A program made the translations under genes and the position numbers. The notes under the pieces were generated by a model that ran no database searches, was not told the DNA's origin, and saw only the letters and a list, made by a program, of their open reading frames with translations. A stretch of 63,724 bases of DNA, counting the filler, from Rhizaria sp. SCN 62-66 (taxonomy: Eukaryota): assembly GCA_001724265.1 (NCBI GenBank). It is 3 parts of 3 records of this genome, joined end to end, with 100 filler letters (N's around TTAATTAATTAA, not from the genome) between each part and the next. Parts side by side here need not be neighbours in the genome. Positions count along the whole stretch, not along the records: positions 22,699 to 45,291 come from MEDY01000438.1; positions 45,392 to 63,724 come from MEDY01000475.1; 1 more part is not named here. One strand, given 5' to 3'. Of the stretch, positions 35,316 through 46,763 are shown one piece after another; positions within the stretch are counted from its first letter, which is position 1; each line of letters begins with the position of its first letter.

Positions 35316-38300
35316 ATGCAAGCCCTCGGCTACCAAATCGCGCCGCCGTCGTGGACGATGACGCGATTCCAGGGCTTCCTGGGCTCCTTCGCGCTTGCCT
35401 CCGCCGCCGCGGGCGTCGGCGCCGCGGGCGGGACGGCCGGCATGACCAGCGACGAGGCCGCGGCCGCGCTGGCCAACAACGAGAACACCTCGCACCCGAC
35501 GATGACGCTGCTGGTCCCGTCTCTGCTGGCGGCGCTGGGGTGCATTGCGTTTCTGCCGCTGGGCGTTGTGGCCGGCTTCAACACCGCGGACACGTGCTCT
35601 GTTGTCGACAATATTGCGCTCTTTTCCTGCACCGCATTCGCAACCGTTCAGATGGGTGTCTTGCTCATCCCAACCTTTTTCTGCGCCGTGTCGGCGCTGT
35701 GCGTGTACAAAGCCGTAGAGCCCTTTTGGGCCCTGTACAGCTTCTACAACAAGCGCATCAAAGCCGGCAACGCCTTTGCGCAGCCCAGCAGCTCGAGAAG
35801 CGGCTCTGTTGCGAGTAGCCAGCAGCAACGCCCGTGGGCCTCTGAGCCCCTGTTGCCTCACTCATCGGCTGCGTCTGCGGCGGCCTCTGCGGCCGTCCCC
35901 GCCGCGTCCGCTGCTGCTGGCTCTGGCGTAAATAACAACAGCAGCAGCGTTAACAGCAGCGCTAGATACGGATCGTCGTCAGACGCTAGCTCTAGCGAGT
36001 CAAGCAGCAGTGGTAGCAGCAGCAGCAGTAGCAGCAGCAGCATCAACAGCAACAGCAGCACTACCGCTGCCGGCGGCGGCAGCACCAACCAGTCGTTCCT
36101 GGGCGCGCGCTTTGCCGCCTGGCGCCGCTCCCGCACCGAAGCCCGTCTCGCCGCTGCCGCGGCCGCTGAGAGTGCAAGCGCGGTTGCGGACGCAACGGGC
36201 GGGGGCCGGCTGACCGCCGCTGTTGGTGCGCCGGTGGCCTCGGCGGTGACCGTGCGCACTGCGCCTGAAGACGTGGGCATTGAGACCGGGGAAGTACGCA
36301 CGCGGCCCTATTGCAGCAATTACCGCTTCGTCTTTGTGGTCATAATGGCGACGGTAACGCTGATGGTGCTGGCTGTGACGATCATGGTCGAGATCACGCA
36401 AATTGCGCTCTCGCAGGGCCCCAGCAGCAACTGCAACTGCATTGTACGTTATATCCTCTGCTGAATATCAAACTACTCAATCAAATTCATAATAATACCA
36501 ATATTTTGTAATAGGCATTTTAACGTGCCAGTATTTTTTTCAAACTCCTTAAAACACTCAAACGCTTCGCTTACAACTCCAACAAAATGTTTGTATTGTC
36601 GTATCTCCAGCCCATGCCCCTTTACGTCGTAATCAACGCGCTCATCCTGCTCTCGTGTCTCTACTGTGAGTACATTGTGCTCTCGGGCGCCTTCTGCGCC
36701 GTGGGCAACGCATGCACGAGCGCGCTGTCGATCGAGCCCGTGCTCGTGCGCGCGCACCTGCGCGTGCTGCTGCAGCGCCGCGTGCGCCAGGCCATGCTGC
36801 AAGTCAGCAGCGCGCTCACCGCAAACCCCACGTCCTTCAGCAACGACGCCAACGCAGGGCTCGCGCGGTCTGGATCATCAGCACTGCCTGAGGGTAACAA
36901 CAGCAGCAGCAGCAACGTCGGCGTGAGCAGCAGCAACAGGGACAGGAGTGCGCTTCAAAGCCCTGCTGCTGGTGCCGGGGCCAGTGGCGCGGGCAACAAT
37001 GCTAGCTCCAGCTCTCTTCAGCAGCAGCAGCAACAAGAACAGCAGGAACAATAGCTTGAGCCGCAGCCGCAGCTGACGCCGGCAGAGGCCGCCTCCGCCG
37101 CAGCGCAAGACACAATCAGGGAGATCATGCTGCGCAACTGCGAGATCGACATGGCGGGCAACAAACTCTTCATCTTCGACCAGCGCTGGGCGCGCGCGCC
37201 CGTCATCCCCGTCGCCATGATTATCGACAAGGATGGCAACGCCGCGCCCGTGCCGGGGAACAACATCCCTGCATCTAGCGCCGCCGCTGCTGCGAACCCT
37301 GGCGCGGGCGCAAGTGCTGGCGGTGCAAACGCGAATGCAAGTGCGCAGAGAGAAAACCCTCCTGCGCCTGCGCCTGCGCCTGCGCCCGTGCCCGAGTCCT
37401 CCGAGCAGCACCAGCGGCAGCAGCAGCACGCCCATGCCAGTAGCAGCAGCAGCAGCAGTAATAGCACGCCGCTATCGCCGACATCTCAGGACGCTCTGCT
37501 GCCGCTACAACAACAGCCTGTTAGTGCTGGTGCCAGCGCAGGTGCAAGTGCAAGTGCAAGTCATCAGCAGACGAGTTCGGCCTCCGTATCCCCGCTTGCT
37601 CACGGTCACTCGGCGCACGGCCACTTCGGCGCTGCGAGTCGCCGCGCGAGCAGCGGACATGAGGGCCAGGCTGGACTGGAGATGACTCCGCGCGGCGGCT
37701 CTGCTGCCCACGCTCACTCTACCGCTCACGGTCACTTCAGTCCCCAGCCACTCGCTGGCAGTCCCGCCGCTCCAGGCTCATGGTCTGGTCTAAACAACAC
37801 TCGTGATCACACTGCTGCTGCTACCCGTGTCGGCGCTGGCGCAGGTCCTGGCGCTGGCGTGCCGATGACCGACGGCGACGACATCGGCAGCGCGGGCAGC
37901 AGCCCTCTGGACGCGTTGCGCGACATCGCCGTATCCCCGTCCTCACAGCTCCCCGGCGGCGAGCCGAGCCCCGTCGACGGCAGCAACACCAACGGCAACG
38001 CAGGCAACATTGGCGAGAGCGCGATGGCGAGTGCAAGTGCAGGTGCGAGTACAGAACCTGAGCGCACGCTGATTTCGCTCCGCCGCCGTCCGTCGGCCAC
38101 GACCGCTACAAACGGTCTTGCGAGCGCACTCAGTGAAGGTGTAACCACGCGATCAAAGTCTGCGGCCGCCGCGGCTGCGGCTGCAGCGGTTGCTGGCAAC
38201 CATCGCAGCGACAACAGCGAAGATGAGAGCAAACGCAGTTTTGACGCGGAAGGAAACAGCAGCCACGCAAGCAATGCCAATGCAACCACGGCAGCTGACG

Positions 38301-39927
38301 TCACTCCTGTTCCTGCCGCCGCCGCACCCGCCGCTGCCGCACCCGCCGCTGCCGCGCCCGCCGCTGCCGCGCCAGCCGCACCCGCCGCCCCTGCCCCTGC
38401 CGCAGGCGGTCCCACGGCAAACCTGCCGATGGCGGCGCCATTCCGGCTGCAGCAGCGCATCGCGACCTACAAGTGGTACTACATCCACCTTACTCCGATG
38501 CCCGTCGAAGGCGCCATTGCGCCCGCCAACGTCGCGGGCGCCGCGGGCGCCGGCGGCATGCGTCCGCAGACAATGCTGTCTTTCTACCGCGTCAAGCGCT
38601 ACAAGCCCGTCGTCGCGCCGACCCCGGCCAACACCAGCGGCGGCGGCAGCGGGAGTAGGGCGGGCAGGCTGGCGGTGTTGCCGGGGTCGAATGGCGTTGC
38701 GACCACGCCCAGCGCCTCCGCAGTTGCCGTCGCCGGCGCCAGCGCAAGCGTCAGCGGCGCCGGTGTGAGCAGCAGCGCTCTAGCGACTGGTGGCGGCGTG
38801 CGGCGGGACCGTGAGGGCACGTGCTTCGACCGCGCCGCGCACTCGCAGCTTAGCTCGGGCATAGTGCCCGCCGTTGCGCAGTCACCCAGTAACACTACCG
38901 CAGGCGCAGGCGCGGGCACGGGTGACACGGCGGAGAGCCACGGTCACGGTCACGGGCAGGGGCAGGGGCAAGCGGCCGAGGAAGAGGAAGACATGTGCGT
39001 GATCTGCTGTCTCGCACTGTGGCCGGACCAGTATCGCGGCTTTCAGAAGCAGTGGGTTGAGGTCAGCAACAAGCCCAAGCGCCCGCGCACGCACGCCCAC
39101 AGCCACGCGGGCGCATCGGCCCACGGTCACCTGGCCGCCCACGGTCACTCGGGGACGGCGGCTGCAGACCGGGAAGTCACACTGGGGACGCCAAGTCACG
39201 GCCACAGCGGGCAGAGCAGCAGTCGGCCGCCGCTGTCTGCGGTCTCCGTCGCAGCCGCCAATCACAACAACAGCGGCGGCAGCAGCAGCAGTGCGGGTGC
39301 GCTTAGCACGGCAGACTCGTACAACAGCGCGACGTTTGGGCCGGGCCCGCGCGCGTCGGCCGTAACCATTGCGGCGCCGCTGCCCGTGTCCTTCGGCGAG
39401 GTCGTCAGCGTCTGCGCCGCCGCGGGACACGCGCGCATGCACGCGCACTGCGCAGACGACTGGCTCTGGCACCAGGCCGTCTCACAGGTACGTGAATAAC
39501 AATTAAAACTACGTTCTATGAGTTTTCTATGCTATTAAAATATCGTCGTAACTGTGTTGATGCAAGTTATGTGAAATTTAAACTGTGTTACAACTACTTC
39601 TCACCCGCGTCCACTCCTGTCTGTTATCTTTGCTTTGCGCACGCTCACACAGGGCCACCCCAAGTGCCCCGTCTGTCGGTTGTCGTTGCCGCTGATGGTG
39701 GACCTGGTTAAGCAGGTTCAGGGTGCGATGGACGCCATCGACCTTGCGCGCTCGGTCCACGACAGCCACCTCGCTCTCCTCCGCAGCGGCGGCGTCGCCG
39801 GCTACGGCAGCCCCAGCCCTGGTGTGGGCGCGGGCGCGGGCGCGGGCGCGGGCTTGAGTGTGGGAGCGGCGGCGGCGCCCGCACTGCCCGTGCTGCCGCC
39901 GCCCCGAGTCAACGGACAGCAGCAACA

Positions 39928-39958
<31 letters not shown>

Positions 39959-40024
39959 GACCAGGGACAAGAGCAGGGAGAGGCAGAGCGCGCAGAAGAC
40001 GAGCGCAACCGCGATCGTCGGTGA
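35316..40024 (+). CDS. Multi-pass membrane protein with C-terminal RING-H2-like domain (probable E3 ligase); one in-frame TAG
   Basis: Exons 35316-36443, 36611-39487, 39653-40024. N-terminal TM segments. CVIC...CAAAGHARMHAHCADDWL..|GHPKCPVCR. TAG at 37052-37054 inside exon 2, in frame with ORF 37127..39499. Stop TGA. Confidence 0.75.
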
Positions 40025-40835
40025 TAGGCGACTGCGGCTGAGCGCGGGTCGTGGCGATGAGTGCGGACTCGTGACAGGTGACAAGTGACTGCAATCATGT
40101 GTACCTGGAGATGAGGTCGATTTCCAAGAGGTCTAACAAAGAAATGGTATTATCATTGCGTGATTTTGTAATGAACCTCTTAGGAAATATCCATTTTGAA
40201 CAAATTTGAACAAGAAAAGTAAGTTCTGTGATTGCAGCTCGCATTGCAAGCACCGCTGTGGTAGTGTTGCTAGCCGCGACAATAGCTGTGTAAACATGAA
40301 ATAGTGAAAGAATACTGTTTTTGATTTTAAAATAGTGATTCCAAGCCATGCTGAGCAATGACAAGGCATTTTCTAGCACTAACTCTGTACAAACTCTCAA
40401 TATGGTCTGGATTGTGACGCGTAATACAAGAAAGATTTGAGTTTGCAATGACTGTAACTCAGGCGAAAAATGACGATTTTTTACAGCATAGTAAACATTT
40501 TATAGTGTTAATCTGAGGTGCATAATAACTTAAAATGCGTTTTGACCAAAAACGTTTTTTTAGAGCGCATAGCCTTTGTAAAGTGCCCAGGTATCATTGC
40601 GAATGTGAGTTTGAACGCGATTTGTGGCTCAGACCCGTTGCCCGTTCACGCGCCTCCAATATCAAGGCTCTCGTCAAACTTCAAGAGTGTCAGGGGAGGT
40701 GCTTGAACGTAATTATCCAATGGTGGTATAATTTCATGTTGTAAAATTTCCTCATATTAGTACTTTTCAAATTATGTTTCTTGCGTAGACTGTCTTTCCA
40801 CTTCGCAGTTCTGATTAGCAAACCGCTTTCTGGCA

Positions 40836-41577
40836 ATGTCCTCAGGGTCATCCAGCGCATACTTGCGCTCGGATCCTAGCTCAGGTACGTCTCATTTCCT
40901 TCTGAAATTAGCGCCTTGTGATGTGCCATCTCTATTTTATTGTTGGCTTACTGTCTTGTACCTGTTAACTCTGCCTTTTCCATCCTCCCCACGATAGCGC
41001 GCAACCGCAGCAAGGGCGATAGGCACAACAAGAAAGACAAGAAAGACAAGAAACACAGCCACAGCTCCCACAGTAATGAGAGGCCCATGTGCCGCGACGA
41101 TGACAACCGCGACAAAGACCGCGTCAAGTCCGACAAGAAGCACAAGAAAGACAAGAAGGATAAGAAGGACAAAAGGGACAAAAAGAGCACCGCGGCCGCG
41201 CCCGCCGCCGCGCCCGTGCCCGGCAGCTTCGTCATGGGTCCAAACGGCGAGCACCCGCTGGGCCTGTACGGTCTGGCCGCGCTGACGGAGCTGCTCGCGC
41301 GCACGGCGCCGCGGCACCCGTGGCAGGAGGCGCACATGCGCGCCAACCCACACCCGGCGTGCCGCGGTCCCACGCCCGTGCCCTGGCTCGAGCGCCAACA
41401 CGTCGACGTGCAGCGCTTCTTTGTGCTGCACGACCGCCTGGCTGAGGCCTACCGCAAGGAGAGCGGCATCGAGCGCCGCGACGCTGTCCGTGAGGGCGAA
41501 GGCGACGGCGAGAGCAATGGCGGGAACCAGAACAGCCATGGAGCTGGGCGCGCGGGCAACAGCAACAGCAACAGCAT

Positions 41578-41617
<40 letters not shown>

Positions 41618-44311
41618 AGCAGGAGCAGGAGTCGCAATAATGGCGAGTTTAGCAACGGCGTGAGCAGTCCAAGCAACAACGTTAACAATGACGACGACGA
41701 TGGTGACAGTGAGACCGAGAATATCAGCAAGCACAAAAACACCAATCGCAATCATCTCAGAAAACGCGGCACGACCATCAACAACAGTCCCAAGAGCTCC
41801 CTAAACCAGAGGCCGCAGCAGCAGCGGCGGGACAATGACGACGATGACGACGGCGACGATGAAGAAGAGAATGAGGAAGAGGAGGAGGAAGATGTGCGGA
41901 GTTACCGCAAGACGCGGTCTGGCACCCAGGCCGAGCGCGAGCTCAACCAGCGCGTTACGCGCAGCCTCCGCGCCGGCGCGGGGTCAGGCACGAGCGCGCC
42001 GAGGGGGAGCGGCAGCAGCATTGGGCCGGTCAGCAAGCGCATGCGGTAGGCAAGGCAGCCCCCTTATGTCTTGAGCAACACTAACTACCACGACGACGGC
42101 AATGGCTACGACGACTGTGACGACGGCGAGGAACCCGACGGCGGCGACGACATGTGCGAGAACAGCACCCGCGCCGGCTCTGCGCCGGCGTCAACAGGTG
42201 CGCTCGCAGCAGCGATGGCGGCTGCGGCCGCTGCCTAGGCTGAAACTATTGCGAACCTAGAGGACGAGCTGCGGAACCTTGATCTCGGCCTTGATACAGC
42301 TCTCGCGGCCGTAGTTGCAGCCTCGGAGGAGCCTACTTCTCTTCCCACTGCCGCCGCGGACGCCGGACCTGACGCAGACGCAGACCCAGGTGCGGACACA
42401 GATGCAGAGCACGCCTCGAGGCTCTTGAGCGCCCTCGCCCGCAGTGACGGCCTCGCGGCGCGCGCCGCGGCGGGGCGGGCTCCCGCGCGCGCGATCGCGC
42501 GGCAGCAGCAGGACGCTGCGCTGGCCGCGCTGCTGGCCGAGATCACCGCGGAAGAGATTACGATGACAGGCGAAATTGCGACAGGCGAGGGCGCGACGGG
42601 CGGCGAGCGTGCGCGGTCGACGGCGCGCGCGGCGGCGGACGCGGCTGCGGAGCAGTACGCCGCCGCGACGGCCGCGCTGGCGCAGGTCGAGGCCGCGCAC
42701 CGGGCCCGGTATCACCTCGACGCGCCCGAAGGCAAGAGCGACTGCGACGGCGAGCGTGATACCGACGGCGAGGGATCTGGTTCCACTCTAGGCTCCGACT
42801 CCCAGTCCGGCTTTGATGCGGACAACTGCGACGCGATCGCGGCGGCGCAGGCGCTCAAGGAACTCCGCACTACTTCAGCCGCCGCCGCCGCCACCGCCGC
42901 CACCGCATCGAGCCTCGAGGCCCGTCTGCCCCGGCCCAGTCCCAGCCCCGGTGAGAGCCAGGATAGCCGCGCCCGGGGCGGCGCCACCGCTTCTGCCCAC
43001 GGTCGCAGCCGAGGCCGTGGCGGCAGTGCCAGTGCTATCGACGTCGGTCGCGGCCGCGGTTGGCGCCGGAGCCTCGGCGCCTCATCGGGCGCCAGTGCGC
43101 GCGCGTCGTCTGAGCAGTTCATCGGTCTGTCCACCAGTACTGGTCTGCCGCGGACCAAGGCGTCCATCACCTCCGCCGCTGTTGCCGCGCCCAACGACCC
43201 CGGCGACGTGTATGTCGTCAGCGATGGAGACAGCTACTGCGACAGCGATGGTGAGGAGCAGGCGGGGCGCAGGGCTGGCCGCACGCCTGCCAGAAGTGGC
43301 CACTCAATGCGCAGCAGCGCGACCGCCAGCCGCGACCGCGACCGCGCGCTGCCACCGCCATTGCCAGCGCCGGCGCCACCAGCGTCATGCCACAGCCACT
43401 GCCAGCGCGGGGACGGCTCGGCAGACTCAGACGTGCATCCGGGCTCTGTGTTGGCGCAGGCGCTGGAGCGGCAGCGGCGCGAGCGGCAGCAGAACGCGCT
43501 GGCGAGCCTGCTGCAGAAGCAGCTGCGGCAGCAGGCCGCGCAGCAGCGCGCGCTCATGTACGGCATGATGCCCGCGGGGGGCGCTGCGGCGTACGGCGGG
43601 GGCGGCAGAGGCTGGCGACGCGGCAGAGGGGGCGCGCTGAGCAGCGCCCGCGGCTCCGGCAGCAGCAGCGCGGGCGGCCGCGGCAGCGATGCGGAACTGG
43701 GCCTGATGTCCGATATGGCGGCCGAGGCAGCCGGGGCAGCGACCGCAGCCGCTGTCTCCGCCAGCTTCGGGCTCGGCTTCGGCCTTCCTTCGGGTAACGG
43801 GCAGAGTCTTTCGGCCTCATCGCCTACCTTGCATGCGAACTCGTTGTTTTCAGCCTCTCCGTCAGCGTCGGCATCCACGCCTGCAGTTACTGCGCCTTTA
43901 GCGACCGTGCCGTTACCAGTGGCGGCGTTGCCAGTGGCTGGGTCTGGGCGGGACTCGGCGCCGTCAGCGACAATTTCCTTTGAGAAAGTCAATGGACTTA
44001 AGCTTATCGAGCAAATGCAGGTGCCGTCTTCGCAGCCCTATCCATCTCAACATCAGCATCACCACCAGCGCTCACAGCTGCTGCCGTTGCAGCCACAGTT
44101 GCTGTCGCTGCAGCCGAAACCGATGCAGTACGCACAGTTCCAACCGCAGTCACGCGCGCAGGCACAGATCCAAACGCTGGCGCTGTTGTCGCCGCAGTTC
44201 GTGTCACCGCAACGACACAATCAAACGCAGCAATTGCACCAACTGCAGCATCAACGGCAGCGGCAGCTGCAGCAGCCCCAGCAACAGCAATCGACACACC
44301 AGCAACAGTAA
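40836..44311 (+). CDS. Low-complexity, probably nuclear protein of unknown function; two in-frame TAG codons
   Basis: Exons 40836-40884 and 40998-44311 (phase-1 GTACGT..TAG intron). KKDK repeats, acidic tracts and a Q-rich end. ORFs 40940..42049 and 42425..44311 share a frame interrupted only by TAG at 42047 and 42236. Stop TAA. Confidence 0.7.
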
Positions 44312-45291
44312 CGCACCTTAACTACAGTTTCAACGGTTGCATACGAACACATGCTCATGATGATCATGCGCCAATGTCACTCACACTGCGAGGTATCTTC
44401 CTACAAAATTGATATTTAGAAAAGGAACGAAACGAAAGAGTGAGGCTTGATATAGTGTGTTCAAGCCTCTTTTGTCACATCCAAAACGACTCGAAGCACT
44501 TGAAAGACTGAGACTTCGTTCAATATAAATCATGGATATAGATTAGGTTACTCAACATCAACAAGATAAATAACCATATTTCCATAATTAATCTTGTTAA
44601 AATTATCACTTGGTGGAGTCTTGGACTTGTATTTATTGATAATGTCGCGCTATCCCAAATTTGTTGTTCGTCGTAGCAAAGGTGGCTGAGTAGGATCTCC
44701 CCACTCACGAGTTCAAAGTCGCGAACTCGTTGCCAAAAGCGTTGTCTTTTTGTACTGGATGTTTGTTTAACTAAAATTGATTATATATTTAATGATGTTT
44801 TTGGAAACTTCGTTTGACGCAAGATCTCACCCGATCACTTCTGACCTCTGTTTTGTTACCTCACGTTGATCACACCCGTCCTGAAGACGTTCTTAACGCG
44901 CTCTTCAGGTGCAACCCCTGCATCAAACGGTTCAGCTTTGTTTTTTTAAAACAACACCGTTGTCCACGTCTGCTTGAGACTTTGCCGTGATGAGCCTTTA
45001 TTACCAGCCGGTTCCCCCATCTCATCCTCGCCCCGCTGACAACCGACTGCTCCTGACCTCGCGAGTGCGCCCATCTGCGATTGAAGCTATATTAACGCTC
45101 CGCTGCTTGTGACAGGTTTTATTGCTAGGTAAAGCGTTATCTTAGTCTATATTGTACGTTAAACCGTTACAAACGACCCCATGCATCAGCCACTTCACTT
45201 TGTTAAGGTCTCCGCTGAGCGACTTTCGGATAATCAGTGGCATCACCATCGCAGCTACTGCGTCGTATCGCTTGCCTAAGTTTGACCAAAA

Positions 45292-45391
45292 NNNNNNNNN
45301 NNNNNNNNNNNNNNNNNNNNNNNNNNNNNNNNNNNTTAATTAATTAANNNNNNNNNNNNNNNNNNNNNNNNNNNNNNNNNNNNNNNNNNNN
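45292..45391. other. Artificial contig-joining spacer
   Basis: 44 N + TTAATTAATTAA + 44 N. Confidence 0.97.
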
Positions 45392-46763
45392 CATGCCCGC
45401 CAGGCTGGCGGCAAACAACAGGTTGGTACCCACCAGCACCGGGCGGCCACCGTGTTGGTCGATGGCCCGGCCCGCCCCGCGCGCCGCGCCTCGACCACGG
45501 GCAGCTCCGCCGCCTCCCCCGCCACCGGCGCTGCCGGCGCTGGCGCTGCTGCTGGCGCTGGCGGCGCCGCGGCGGCCGCGCCGGCCGCGCCTCCCCGCCC
45601 TGCGAAGCCGGGCTCGCTGGCCGCCGGCGCCGCCGCGGCCGCGCCCGAGCACGAGGCGGAGCCCGAGATGGTGGTGTTTGACCCCACGCGCACGCCCACG
45701 CTCGTCGGCGGCTGGGAGCGCATGTACGACGACACCAACAAGGCCTACTATTACGAACACATCCACGAGGCCACCACGCAGTGGGAGGTTCCCGAGGTGT
45801 TTCTCACCTGGTTCGCTGATAACGTCGTCAACCAGTCGCCGCCCGAGGCTGAGCGCAGGCTTCGCGCCGCGCAGAGCGCCATCGATGCCGCCGCGGCCGC
45901 CGCCGTCGCTGCCGAGGTCGCTGCTGAGCAGGCTGCCGTACGTCAATTCTTCTCAATATTGGTTTTATTTCAACGTGTTTGACCTATTTTCAATCTATTC
46001 ATTATAACGATTATATCTCCTTGTGATATTCTTTTTTCGCTTTGCTTGTTCACCATCTCAGGCTGCTGCCGCTGCCGCCGCCGTGGCGCCCGCGTCCCCC
46101 GTCGCGCCCGTCGCGCCCACCGCCCCTGCGCCCGCGGTCGCCGCGGCTGTGGTGCCCCCCGCGCCTCCCGTCGCCCCCTCTGCCGCGACTGCCACCACTG
46201 GCGGCCCCCCGCCCCCGCCCGACATGGACTTCGACTTCGGCTCTCCCGCGCCCGCCGTCGTCTCCGCGGCCGTCCCCGCCACTGCCGGCGGCGCGCCCCC
46301 GCCGCCCGCGCCCGACTTCGACCTCGACTTCAGCTCCCCCGCGCCCGCCGCCGCTTCCGGCGCCGCCCCGTCCGGCGGCATGGCTGCCGGCCTCGCCGCG
46401 GGCATTAAGGGCGGCGCGGCTCTGCTTAAGCCTGCCGGTGCGAACGCCGCCGCGCCGCGCCCGGGCCCGCCGCCCACGATGGATCTGATGTCGAGCATCG
46501 CGCAGGGCGTGCAGCTGCGCAAGGCCGCGTCTCGTCCGGCGCCCCCGCCCGCGGCGCCCGGCCCCCAGGACATCTTCGCGCAGATCCGCGGCGGGCTCCA
46601 GCTCAAGAAGGTTGACACCACGGCGACGCAGAATCTGCCGCCCGCAGAGGAGGCTGGGCCACTCACGCTCAGCTCCGCGCTCAAGAAGTCGCTGGCCAAC
46701 TACCGCAAGTTCGTGCAGAAGGAGGACGAGGACAACGACGACGACGACGAGGACGACTGGTAA
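45392..46763 (+). CDS. WW-domain, Pro-rich, WH2-central-acidic (WCA/VCA) actin nucleation-promoting factor; 5'-truncated
   Basis: Exons <45392-45937 and 46062-46763. WW: GWERMYDDTNKAYYYEHIHEATTQWEVP. WH2: DLMSSIAQGVQLRKA and DIFAQIRGGLQLKKV. C helix LSSALKKSLANYRKFV. Acidic end EDEDNDDDDEDDW-TAA. Confidence 0.85.

Noticed and set aside
40022-40027. TGA TAG tandem stop at the end of the RING gene
   Set aside because: TGA terminates first, so the following TAG says nothing about its meaning.
823-42238. In-frame TAGs as pseudogene lesions, intron acceptors or pyrrolysine codons
   Set aside because: No frameshifts or TAA/TGA lesions accompany them. No donor or AT-rich intron precedes them, unlike the 21 inferred introns. 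Pyrrolysine is unknown in eukaryotes and the contexts are non-catalytic. CAG>TAG sequencing error cannot be fully excluded without reads, but it would not explain the absence of TAG terminators.
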